NCBI GenBank assembly: GCA_963811105.1
Contig: CAWEPZ010000002.1
Location: 160,001 to 224,000 of the forward strand
Reading direction: 5' to 3'
DNA: 64,000 bases
Source: Candidatus Bathyarchaeota archaeon
GTDB lineage: Archaea > Thermoproteota > Bathyarchaeia > Bathyarchaeales > Bathycorpusculaceae
In this document: piece after piece, positions 41,591-49,884 of the stretch
How positions within the stretch are numbered: the first letter of the stretch is position 1
Layout: every line of letters starts with the position of its first letter
Program-made: the position numbers and the translations under genes
The notes under the pieces: model-generated
Told to the model about the DNA's origin: nothing
Databases searched by the model: none
What the model saw: the letters and a program-made list of their open reading frames with translations, nothing else

Positions 41591-42381
41591 TGTCATCATT
41601 AGTTACTAAAGTTAGACTAAAGCAAATTGAGCAGCTTATAGAAAAAGGAAAACGCCTAGATGAACGAGGCTTACACGATTACAGACCCATCAAAATTGAA
41701 CAAGGATTAATAGAGCGCGCTGAAGGCTCAGCAAGAGTTTTACTCGGCAAAACCGAGGTTCTTTGCGGAGTAAAAGTCGAAACGGGTGAACCATTCACAG
41801 ACACACCAAACGAAGGAGTATTAACTGTAAATGCTGAACTTGTGCCTTTAGCTTCTCCGAATTTTGAGCCAGGACCGCCAAATGAAGACTCTGTTGAATT
41901 AGCAAGAGTTGTTGACCGAGGTATACGTGAATCAAAAACAATTGACAATGAAAAACTTTGCATTGAACCGGGCAAAAAAGTCTTTGTTGTCTTCGTTGAC
42001 GTCTATGTGCTGAATCATGATGGAAATTTGATTGACGCTTCCGCTTTGGCTGCTATGGCTGCACTGCTAAACACAAAGATGCCTAATTACGAAATCAAAG
42101 ACGGCGAGGTAAAAATTAAACAAGGATATACGCCGTTGCCTCTAAGAAGTCACCCAATAACAGTGACAACAGGCAAGATCAATGGTAATTTGATTGTTGA
42201 TCCTTGGCTGGAAGAAGAGCAAGTTATGGACTCACGGATATCAATGGCTATCAAAGAGGACGGTACTATTTGCGCCATTCAAAAAGGAGGCTCAGGCTAT
42301 TTCACACCACAACAGATTTTAGAGGCCTCAAAGATCGCCCAGGAGAAAGCTGCAGAACAACGCAAGAAGCTTGATTGGTGA
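41590..42381 (+). CDS. rrp42: Exosome subunit Rrp42
   Basis: AEGSA.V.LG.T, ELARVVDRGIRES and DGNLIDA motifs. Confidence 0.96.
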   Translation: MSSLVTKVRLKQIEQLIEKGKRLDERGLHDYRPIKIEQGLIERAEGSARVLLGKTEVLCGVKVETGEPFTDTPNEGVLTVNAELVPLASPNFEPGPPNEDSVELARVVDRGIRESKTIDNEKLCIEPGKKVFVVFVDVYVLNHDGNLIDASALAAMAALLNTKMPNYEIKDGEVKIKQGYTPLPLRSHPITVTTGKINGNLIVDPWLEEEQVMDSRISMAIKEDGTICAIQKGGSGYFTPQQILEASKIAQEKAAEQRKKLDW

Positions 42382-42713
42382 AAAAAGTGCCAAAAACAAA
42401 GAAAGTCGGTCCAACAAGAGGTTTAGGCCCACGTTACGGTTCCACAGTTAGGAAACGCTATATTAAAGTAATCACTGAACTCAAAAAGCCGCACAAATGT
42501 CCAAACTGCGGCTTTGTTAGAGTAAAACGTGAAAGCGTCGGCGTTTGGAAATGTACTAAATGCAGCTTTACCTTCGCGGGAGGCGCTTACACCCCTGCAA
42601 CAAAACTGGGCATTGTGGCTAAACGTGCAGCAAAAGGTTTCCCAATAGAGGAAGCAACCAAAGAAGCTGCAAAAGCCGCTGTCGAGCCGGTAACCGAAGA
42701 AGAAACTGAGTAA
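42375..42713 (+). CDS. rpl37ae: 50S ribosomal protein L37Ae
   Basis: GPRYG..VRK, CPNC and GVWKCTKC.FTFAGGAY motifs. Confidence 0.95.
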   Translation: MVKKVPKTKKVGPTRGLGPRYGSTVRKRYIKVITELKKPHKCPNCGFVRVKRESVGVWKCTKCSFTFAGGAYTPATKLGIVAKRAAKGFPIEEATKEAAKAAVEPVTEEETE

Positions 42714-42869
42714 CCTCTTCTCCTCAATTTTATTTTCTTTATTTTAATTATTAAGTTACAGATAGATGTTTTTAGCCTAATTTATGAACCTAAAATGTGC
42801 GCTTCTTCTACACATCGTTTCAGGCTCCAATTTATTACTCCGGATGTTGTGTTTAGCTCGGGAATCTTC

Positions 42870-43130
42870 ATGGCAGTGGGGGCAAAGGCGAATATACGTT
42901 TAAAATTCCATTCCGAAAAGCAGGTAAACACTCTGCTTGATGCACTAACACCTGAAACCAAAGCGACCGTAACCAAGCGCGCTAATGTAGAGTTAGAGAA
43001 GGATGGCTTGTTTTTAGTGCTGTTGATTGATGCGGACGACACTGTAGCTTTGCGCTCAACTTTGAATGCATATTTGCGCTGGATAAATTCAGCCTTAAAC
43101 ATTATTGGCTTAATAGAGCATGAAACATAG
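42870..43130 (+). CDS. pcc1: KEOPS subunit Pcc1
   Basis: ALTPE...DADDTVALRSTLNAYLRWI; canonical position in the exosome superoperon. Confidence 0.85.
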   Translation: MAVGAKANIRLKFHSEKQVNTLLDALTPETKATVTKRANVELEKDGLFLVLLIDADDTVALRSTLNAYLRWINSALNIIGLIEHET

Positions 43131-43270
43131 TGGACGCTTAGTCAAGAAATTTGGATTATACCATTGGCATTTACATTTCGTTCCGAAAACAAAATTTTGT
43201 TCAAGAAAAAAGAAAAAATGTGGTTTCAACATTGACGATTGATGGACGCTTTTGGAAAGGAAGGTTCAAA

Positions 43271-43334
43271 TAAAAAAAGGAAATGTGGTTGAAGTCTCCA
43301 TTGGAGGAGCGTTCAAGTCCCACCCCCGGCATCA
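43271..43334 (+). repeat. tRNA-Leu-derived direct repeat, copy 1 (att-like remnant)
   Basis: Ends GTTCAAGTCCCACCCCCGGCATCA (T-loop plus acceptor 3' strand); 27-bp core identical to 44128-44154. Confidence 0.8.
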
Positions 43335-43356
43335 ATCACAAATTTTAATGAATAAA

Positions 43357-43977
43357 CTAACCACTGGTACCCATTTCTGCAGTATAGTTGGATTCACCCA
43401 TTAAGTAGGTTCCTAAACCAAGCGTCCAGAGCCATAATGGATAGACTATTAAACGTTCTAATCCACCCATGCCTAAGCTTAAAGCGAAACTGGGACTAAC
43501 ACGTTGTGCTAAAAGAGAAAGAAACAACATCAAAAGCGATACAGAACCTAAAGTAACCGATACGTAAGAAAAAGGTGACTTAACCAATTTATAGGACAAT
43601 AGAGCAGCAACCGCCCAAGATACAAACATAATCAGGGCAAAAAGGCTATGCACAGACGGAATAACGTTTTCTGCAACCACTCCTACCATAACGTTACCGA
43701 CACCTGCTATTGCTAATAGGGCGGTGAAGCCTCTGTTCTTGGAACCTTGCATATTGAAATAAGCACCAGCTATAATGAATACACCCAACAAAATAGATGA
43801 GGCAGCGAAAACTGCAGCGAAATTACCTGCTAAACCCCAGTTACCCAAGTCACTTATAACCTGTTGCCCGACAAGGTAATCTGGATAGATTGTTTCACAA
43901 ACGATTTGGGTGAGAATAAATTGGACCAAGCCGACAAATAGCAGCAAACCCGCAATTTTTTTATTATCGTATTTCAT
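43357..43977 (-). CDS. DUF998-like membrane protein
   Basis: YPDY.....ISDLG, H..FA and GGLERLIVYP motifs. Confidence 0.75.
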   Translation of the reverse strand: MKYDNKKIAGLLLFVGLVQFILTQIVCETIYPDYLVGQQVISDLGNWGLAGNFAAVFAASSILLGVFIIAGAYFNMQGSKNRGFTALLAIAGVGNVMVGVVAENVIPSVHSLFALIMFVSWAVAALLSYKLVKSPFSYVSVTLGSVSLLMLFLSLLAQRVSPSFALSLGMGGLERLIVYPLWLWTLGLGTYLMGESNYTAEMGTSG

Positions 43978-44104
43978 AATTGAGAAAAGAATCAATTGAT
44001 TAATAAAACTTTAGGGGTGTGCATTATTCCCCTGAAAACTTGTTTAATTAACATTAAAATTAGAAATCCAAGTACAAAACTCAACAACCTTGGTAAACCT
44101 GCTC

Positions 44105-44169
44105 TAAAAAATGGGAATGCGGTTGAGGTCTCCATTGGAGGAGCGTTCAAGTCCTACCCCCCGGCACCA
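44105..44169 (+). repeat. tRNA-Leu-derived direct repeat, copy 2 (att-like remnant)
   Basis: GGTTGAGGTCTCC (anticodon-loop-like, GAG) ... GTTCAAGTCCTACCCCCCGGCACCA; no 5' acceptor strand or D arm. Confidence 0.8.
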
Positions 44170-44246
44170 TTATAAGCATAACTGTAGGGGATAGTCAAAT
44201 AAGTACAAGTCCACTAAATTAACTACTTAGAGTTAGGGATAAGATT

Positions 44247-44417
44247 ATGAGCAAACCTGAAGTGTCATCTTATACTTGTCCACAATGTAATTGGATGATT
44301 ACAACACCTTTTGGTGCAGAGGATAACGCTGACCACATTAAATTGCATACAGAAAAACATCATAGCAAACCCTCAAGAGAGCGTGCTCATTTCAGAGTGA
44401 TTAAAGTAAATAAGTAA
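44247..44417 (+). CDS. Small C2H2-type zinc-binding protein (56 aa, missed by the ORF track)
   Basis: MSKPEVSSYTCPQCNWMITTPFGAEDNADHIKLHTEKHH... Confidence 0.7.
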   Translation: MSKPEVSSYTCPQCNWMITTPFGAEDNADHIKLHTEKHHSKPSRERAHFRVIKVNK

Positions 44418-44497
44418 AACGTAACTAAATTCATATTCTTCATTTTATTATCTAGACTATGATTTTCTAAAAGCTTAGAAGATAATTTTAAATTTGA

Positions 44498-44524
44498 ATG
44501 AAAAGCTTGATAAACTTAACTTTA
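44498..44524 (+). repeat. 27-bp dispersed repeat, copy 1
   Basis: ATGAAAAGCTTGATAAACTTAACTTTA, identical to 62230-62256. Confidence 0.9.
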
Positions 44525-44685
44525 TTCAAGTTCTAAAGAATTAACTAAGAAGGGGAACTGTGGGTAATTAGTTCCTGAAAAGAATTTAAACGTGCTCTAA
44601 ACGATTACCTTGATAAAGGAAGGTTTAAATAAATATCGACTCATTTCGTATATGCTTTAAATTAAAAAATGGATGATAACTTAGC

Positions 44686-45177
44686 ATGTCACAGGAATAT
44701 CGCTATATACTTCGTATTATGGGTACGGACGTTCAAGGTACCCTTAAGGTTTCTTACGCAGTAGCACAAGTGAAAGGTGTAAGCCTCAGTCTCTCAAACG
44801 CAATTCTAAAAAAGGCGGGAGTTAACCCTGACCTTCGCGTAGGCTACATAACGGAATCAGATGTTTCGAAAATAGAAGATGTAATCAAAGACCCGGCAAA
44901 ATATAGTCTGCCAATATGGCTTTTTAACAGGCGAAAAGATTCTGACTCAGGGAAAGACCTGCACCTTTTAAGCGCTGACCTTGTTTTAAGAACAAAAAAT
45001 GATATTGATGAAGCCAAAAACATTAGGTCTTGGCGTGGATACCGTCATGCTTACAGCCTGAAAGTTCGTGGGCAACATACAAAAACCACCGGAAGAGCAG
45101 GCAAAGCCTTAGGCGTCAAGAAGAAGACTCTTCTGCAGAAGCCTGGTGGAGCACCCGCAGGTGAAGGAGGCAAATAA
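44686..45177 (+). CDS. rps13: 30S ribosomal protein S13
   Basis: WLFNRRKD and [23 protein letters not shown] motifs. Confidence 0.97.
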   Translation: MSQEYRYILRIMGTDVQGTLKVSYAVAQVKGVSLSLSNAILKKAGVNPDLRVGYITESDVSKIEDVIKDPAKYSLPIWLFNRRKDSDSGKDLHLLSADLVLRTKNDIDEAKNIRSWRGYRHAYSLKVRGQHTKTTGRAGKALGVKKKTLLQKPGGAPAGEGGK

Positions 45178-45179
45178 AC

Positions 45180-45767
45180 ATGGGAGATCCAAAGAAGCAG
45201 CGTAAAAAGTTTGATACGCCAAGATTCCGATGGCGTAAAGACATCCTCCAAGAAGAGCTAAAACTTCTGGGCCAATACGGCTTAAGAAACAAACATGAAC
45301 TTTGGCGTCTCAAAACGACTCTATCAAAAACTAGAGGCATCGCCCGTTCACTTATCAGTAAGACTCCTGAAGAACGAGCAAAAATGGAAAACGAGCAGCT
45401 AATTAAACTTAAGAAACTTGGCATCTTGCCAGATACCGCTGTGTTGGATAACGTTTTAGACTTAACAATCGAAGACATCTTGGAACGCAGACTGCAAACA
45501 GTTGTTTTCCGAAAAGGCTTAGCGCGAACAATTTTCCAATCACGTCAACTAATTAATCACGGGCACGTGACCATAGACGGTCGTCGAGTAACAATCCCAG
45601 GTTACATAGTTCCAAAAGCAGATGAAACCAAAGTTATATATTCACCAGAAAGTGCAGTTGCAAGCCAAGCCCACCCATTACGTGTAGGACTTTCAGTTGT
45701 AGCTAAACAACCAGAAGTTAGACCACCTAGCAGGGGCAGGCGAGGCGGAAGAGGCGGCGGATTTTGA
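45180..45767 (+). CDS. rps4: 30S ribosomal protein S4
   Basis: [16 protein letters not shown] and ERRLQT...[11 protein letters not shown] motifs. Confidence 0.97.
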   Translation: MGDPKKQRKKFDTPRFRWRKDILQEELKLLGQYGLRNKHELWRLKTTLSKTRGIARSLISKTPEERAKMENEQLIKLKKLGILPDTAVLDNVLDLTIEDILERRLQTVVFRKGLARTIFQSRQLINHGHVTIDGRRVTIPGYIVPKADETKVIYSPESAVASQAHPLRVGLSVVAKQPEVRPPSRGRRGGRGGGF

Positions 45768-46168
45768 GCGCTGGAAATAAAAGAAATGATAGATGGGCTA
45801 TCGTTCATATATTTAGTTCTTACAATAACACGCTAATCCACATAACTGACATTTCAGGTGCGGAAACAATCGCTCGCACAAGCGGCGGTATGTTCGTCAA
45901 AGCAGATCGCATGGAATCATCACCTTATGCCGCTATGCGTGCAGCAACAGGCGCTGCTGAAGTAGCACGAGACAAAGGAATCACAGCCATCCACATTAAA
46001 GTACGGGCGCCAGGCGGTTCAGGGCCAAGAACTCCGGGACCAGGCGCACAAGCAGCTATACGTGCGTTAGCAAGATTTGGTTTCCGAATTGAACGCATTG
46101 AAGAAGTTACACCAATTCCCCACGACGGCACAAGAAGACCAGGCGGCAGAAGAGGAAGAAGAGTCTAG
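45764..46168 (+). CDS. rps11: 30S ribosomal protein S11
   Basis: [24 protein letters not shown] and [16 protein letters not shown] motifs. Confidence 0.97.
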   Translation: MSAGNKRNDRWAIVHIFSSYNNTLIHITDISGAETIARTSGGMFVKADRMESSPYAAMRAATGAAEVARDKGITAIHIKVRAPGGSGPRTPGPGAQAAIRALARFGFRIERIEEVTPIPHDGTRRPGGRRGRRV

Positions 46169-46272
46169 TCTCAATTTCCCTTCTTTATTAACAGAAAAAT
46201 TGAAATAATCCCCCTATATCTCTATTGAAACGCAAAACCAGTTATAGTAATCTTATTGGAGTGTCCCAGCAA

Positions 46273-47088
46273 GTGAAAATTGAAATCCTTGAAAAAAACG
46301 ATACTAACCTGCGCATAATTGTGAAAGACGCGGACGTTCCGATAATGAACGCTCTACGTCGAATAGCACTTGCTGAGGTTCCAAGCATGGCAATTGAAGA
46401 GGTTGTCATGATAGAAAACTCGTCAATTCTACAGGACGAAATTATCTCGCATCGATTGGGACTTACACCATTGAAAACTGATTTAGACGCTTACAACCTT
46501 CCTGAAGAATGTGAATGTAAGAGCGAATTCGGTTGCCCTCAATGTCGAGTAACGCTTACTTTGGACGCTGAAGCTAAGGATGGAACAAGAACCGTTTATT
46601 CGGGCGAACTAATATCTGACAACCCCGAAATAATTCCTGTCTCAGATAAAATCCCAATAATTAAGTTGGCTAAAAATCAAAAATTGAAACTTGAAGCTTA
46701 TGCTCGTCTGGGAAGAGGCAAAACCCATGCAAAATGGCAACCAGTTTCAATGTGTGTTTACAAATATTTCCCAAAAATCACCGTTCCTGCAGAGAAATGT
46801 GACGAGTGCTCAAAATGTGCTGACATTTGCTCTAAGAAAGTGCTGTCAATTAAAGATGAACAAGTTGATGTACGTGATTTATTATCATGTAACCTTTGCA
46901 TGGATTGTATTGAAGCTTGCCCAACAAAGCCTTCTCCACTAAAAATAGAATGGGAGAAGAACGCATTCATAATGACTATAGAGTCAACGGGCGCACTTCC
47001 GCCTGAACGCATACTTAGAGAAGCCACCAAAACGCTAGACAAAGAATTAAACGAACTTGAAGAATTATTAAAGGCTGAACCGCAATGA
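46273..47088 (+). CDS. rpoD: RNA polymerase subunit D (Rpo3) with Fe-S domain
   Basis: NALRR, DEIISHRLGL, HAKWQP and two ferredoxin-like Cys clusters; GTG start. Confidence 0.95.
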   Translation: MKIEILEKNDTNLRIIVKDADVPIMNALRRIALAEVPSMAIEEVVMIENSSILQDEIISHRLGLTPLKTDLDAYNLPEECECKSEFGCPQCRVTLTLDAEAKDGTRTVYSGELISDNPEIIPVSDKIPIIKLAKNQKLKLEAYARLGRGKTHAKWQPVSMCVYKYFPKITVPAEKCDECSKCADICSKKVLSIKDEQVDVRDLLSCNLCMDCIEACPTKPSPLKIEWEKNAFIMTIESTGALPPERILREATKTLDKELNELEELLKAEPQ

Positions 47089-47447
47089 AAGATACCAAAA
47101 CCACAAACCCGGAATTAATCTCGCTTATTCGTCTCCTAAAGAAGGAAAGCAGGGAAAAGCAAGCAGCAATATGGTTAGATTTAGCTGAATACTTATCCAA
47201 ATCAAGAAGCCAACGTGTAGCCGTTAACCTGAGCCGAGTAAACAGGAACACAAAACCAAGCGACATCATTGTGATTCCAGGCAAGCTCTTAGGTTCAGGC
47301 AGCATAAATCATCCAGTAACCGTAGCGTCATTTAGCGCTTCTGAGAAAGCAAAGGAAAAACTTACAGCTGCCAAAGCTAAATACATTTCAATCCCTGAGC
47401 TCTTGGAGGAAAATCCTAAGGGTTCAAACGTAAGAATTATTCGGTGA
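47085..47447 (+). CDS. rpl18e: 50S ribosomal protein L18e
   Basis: TTNPEL, VNLSRVNR and PGKLLGSG motifs. Confidence 0.95.
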   Translation: MKDTKTTNPELISLIRLLKKESREKQAAIWLDLAEYLSKSRSQRVAVNLSRVNRNTKPSDIIVIPGKLLGSGSINHPVTVASFSASEKAKEKLTAAKAKYISIPELLEENPKGSNVRIIR

Positions 47448-47453
47448 GAAAAG

Positions 47454-47903
47454 ATGCAAACAACTAAAAATACATCTATTACACTCGTTAACGCTGAAGG
47501 ATTAATTGTTGGCAGAATGTGCAGCAAAGTTGCCAAACGATTACTGAACGGCGAAGAAGTAATCATTCTCAACGCAGAAAAAGCGGTGTTTTCAGGTAAA
47601 AGGAAGAGCAAAATCTTAGAAGGTCACATATTCCTTGAAGTTGGCGCTCCAGAGCGCGGTCCATTCCATTATCGAAGGCCAGACAAATACCTTCGTAAGG
47701 TCGTAAGAGGTATGGTTCCGTATAAGCAGCCTAAAGGTAAAAATGCGTATAAAAGGCTGAAAGTATTCATGGGTGTACCTATCGAACTTAAAGATAAAGA
47801 AATGATAACGTTCGATGAAGCTTCATCTGCCGACCTGAAGGGTCCACATATTACCCTTGGCGAATTGGCAAAAGAAATCGGATGGAAAAATAGGATGGAA
47901 TAA
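47454..47903 (+). CDS. rpl13: 50S ribosomal protein L13
   Basis: GRMCSKVAK.LL and RGPFHYRRPD...VRGMVP motifs. Confidence 0.95.
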   Translation: MQTTKNTSITLVNAEGLIVGRMCSKVAKRLLNGEEVIILNAEKAVFSGKRKSKILEGHIFLEVGAPERGPFHYRRPDKYLRKVVRGMVPYKQPKGKNAYKRLKVFMGVPIELKDKEMITFDEASSADLKGPHITLGELAKEIGWKNRME

Positions 47904-47905
47904 TT

Positions 47906-48316
47906 ATGCCCGCAAAAAAAGTCTTAGTTGTTAGTGGAAAAAGAAAAACAGCAGTCGCCCGCGCCATAGTTAAACAAGGCGTTGGTAGAGTACGAATAAA
48001 CATGACTCCGGTTGAAATTTACGAGCCAGACATCGCTCGAGCAAAAGTAATGGAGCCTCTATTGCAAGCAGGTTCAGACATTTGGCAGCAATTAGATATG
48101 GATGTTAAAACTAGCGGCGGAGGCTATATGGGACAGGCGGAAGCTGCGCGTATGGCGGTTGCAAACGCACTTTTGAAATGGACGAAGAGTACACATCTGC
48201 GAACAGTATTTAGCGAATATGACCGAACCATGATTGCTGGGGACTCAAGGGCTAAAGAGACCAAGAAGTTCGGCGGAGCAGGTGCAAGAGCAAAAGAACA
48301 GAAAAGCTATAGGTAA
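47906..48316 (+). CDS. rps9: 30S ribosomal protein S9
   Basis: [18 protein letters not shown] and QKSYR motifs. Confidence 0.97.
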   Translation: MPAKKVLVVSGKRKTAVARAIVKQGVGRVRINMTPVEIYEPDIARAKVMEPLLQAGSDIWQQLDMDVKTSGGGYMGQAEAARMAVANALLKWTKSTHLRTVFSEYDRTMIAGDSRAKETKKFGGAGARAKEQKSYR

Positions 48317-48330
48317 GGTGGAAAAAACAA

Positions 48331-48561
48331 ATGATTATTCCCGTAAGATGCTTCACCTGCGGCAAACTGGTTGGAGACAAATGGGAAGAATTCACACGCC
48401 GCATCAAAACAGGCGAAAATGCAAGCGACATATTAGATAGTTTAGGCTTGAAACGGTACTGCTGCAGACGAATGTTGCTTTCAAATGTAGAAATAGTAGA
48501 TGAAGTCCTACGGTTCTACGAAGAAGCAGAGAAGCGAAAAGAAGCGCGCAACTTTTACTAA
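48331..48561 (+). CDS. rpoN: RNA polymerase subunit N (Rpo10)
   Basis: [12 protein letters not shown] and RYCCRRMLL motifs. Confidence 0.97.
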   Translation: MIIPVRCFTCGKLVGDKWEEFTRRIKTGENASDILDSLGLKRYCCRRMLLSNVEIVDEVLRFYEEAEKRKEARNFY

Positions 48562-48583
48562 TTTTTCCCTTTTAGCACGGTCA

Positions 48584-49144
48584 TTATTTCGGCTTTTCTT
48601 CATTTTGGTTATCTTTACCGAAACGATTCTCAAGCCAAGTGTTTGCCCATTTATCAACCAAGGTATCTAGAAGGCTTGATTGATAGGCGATTAAAATCTT
48701 TGCAATTCTATCCTCATCTTTAATAGTATAAATATTTTCGTAGCCTACCTTAGTTCTTTCAACAATTCCATTTTCTACCAAGCACTTTAAGTAAAAAGAA
48801 GCTGTTGAGGTAGGTATTTTTAACTCTTCAACTATTAATCGATACTTTGCCTTTTTGTTTACTGAAATTATCAGAACAAGTTCTCTCAGTCTCTTATGTC
48901 TCAAAACGGATAGAAGCTTTTTCTCCTCAGGATCAAGTGGATTGGAATAATACCTCGTGTAATGTTCAGATTTTTCCTCAACAATAACATTTCTTCTCGA
49001 CATGTAGTTTAGGTGGTATTGAAGGCTCGCTAAAGGAATATCCAATATTCTTTGGAGTTCTCTTATATGTATACCTGGATTTTTCTTTATGATCGCATAT
49101 ATTTTTTGTCTTCTGGCGTTTTCCAGAATTTCTTCTTTGAACAT
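48584..49144 (-). CDS. Tandem winged-helix transcriptional regulator
   Basis: R.KIY..IKKNPGIHIRELQR.L....ASLQYHL and a second wHTH STASFYLK.L...GIV. Confidence 0.85.
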   Translation of the reverse strand: MFKEEILENARRQKIYAIIKKNPGIHIRELQRILDIPLASLQYHLNYMSRRNVIVEEKSEHYTRYYSNPLDPEEKKLLSVLRHKRLRELVLIISVNKKAKYRLIVEELKIPTSTASFYLKCLVENGIVERTKVGYENIYTIKDEDRIAKILIAYQSSLLDTLVDKWANTWLENRFGKDNQNEEKPK

Positions 49145-49149
49145 TCTTC

Positions 49150-49419
49150 CTATTCCTTTAAAGCTCCATAAAGGATAAACAAAAGTGCTATTGCGTCTAA
49201 CAGAAGATGCCAACTGTCAGTGAATTCTTTGTTATAGGTGCTGCTTAACAATTCAGGGATAGAGAGCAAACCGTGAGTAAAGAACAATCCAAACCCAACG
49301 GTTAATAGAAGTGTCTTTTTGTTTCGAAGACGAGAAAAAGTCAACAAAGCGATAGAGAAAATCACTGTTGTCACTATAATGAACACTATTCTTACCAAGT
49401 AGGCAATTGCTGGTAACAT
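49150..49419 (-). CDS. Small 3-TM protein co-transcribed with the wHTH regulator
   Basis: Three TMs; RLRNKKTLLLTVGF; 5-bp gap to the regulator. Confidence 0.75.
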   Translation of the reverse strand: MLPAIAYLVRIVFIIVTTVIFSIALLTFSRLRNKKTLLLTVGFGLFFTHGLLSIPELLSSTYNKEFTDSWHLLLDAIALLFILYGALKE

Positions 49420-49884
49420 TTCTAACACCTTTTCTGGATATAGCAATCATCATACTTAGCTAATATAATTTTAGCAAAATAACGTAAAGTGATTTATTAG
49501 CTTTTAATATTCCGAGTTTTATTAGAGTGGCCTGACAAAACTTCTGAAATGATAAGAATGCAACCAAAATGGGTTCCGTAATTGTTTGGACTCTCCAGCT
49601 TCTAATACTATTATGGTCTATCTGGAAAAAGAAATAATTCTTGCTTTTTAACAAGTTTTTGTAAAAAAAATGCTATTTCATTTCTTTGAGAGCGAGTTTC
49701 AGAATTCCATCTTAGAATAGACAATGACAAACCTAAGTTTTGATTGATTTGCAAACTTTTATGGTAAATGCTAATTTGGCAATAAATTTAAGAACATGGT
49801 CTTGTATGCTTGGGTTAAGAGAAATGTAATTCTGTTAGCTCAACTAATAGTTTTGCACCCTCTAAAAATTAAGGAAGATAAAGA

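Noticed and set aside
43271-44169. Functional tRNA-Leu genes
   Set aside because: No 5' acceptor strand or D arm, and the T-stem cannot pair; kept only as repeats
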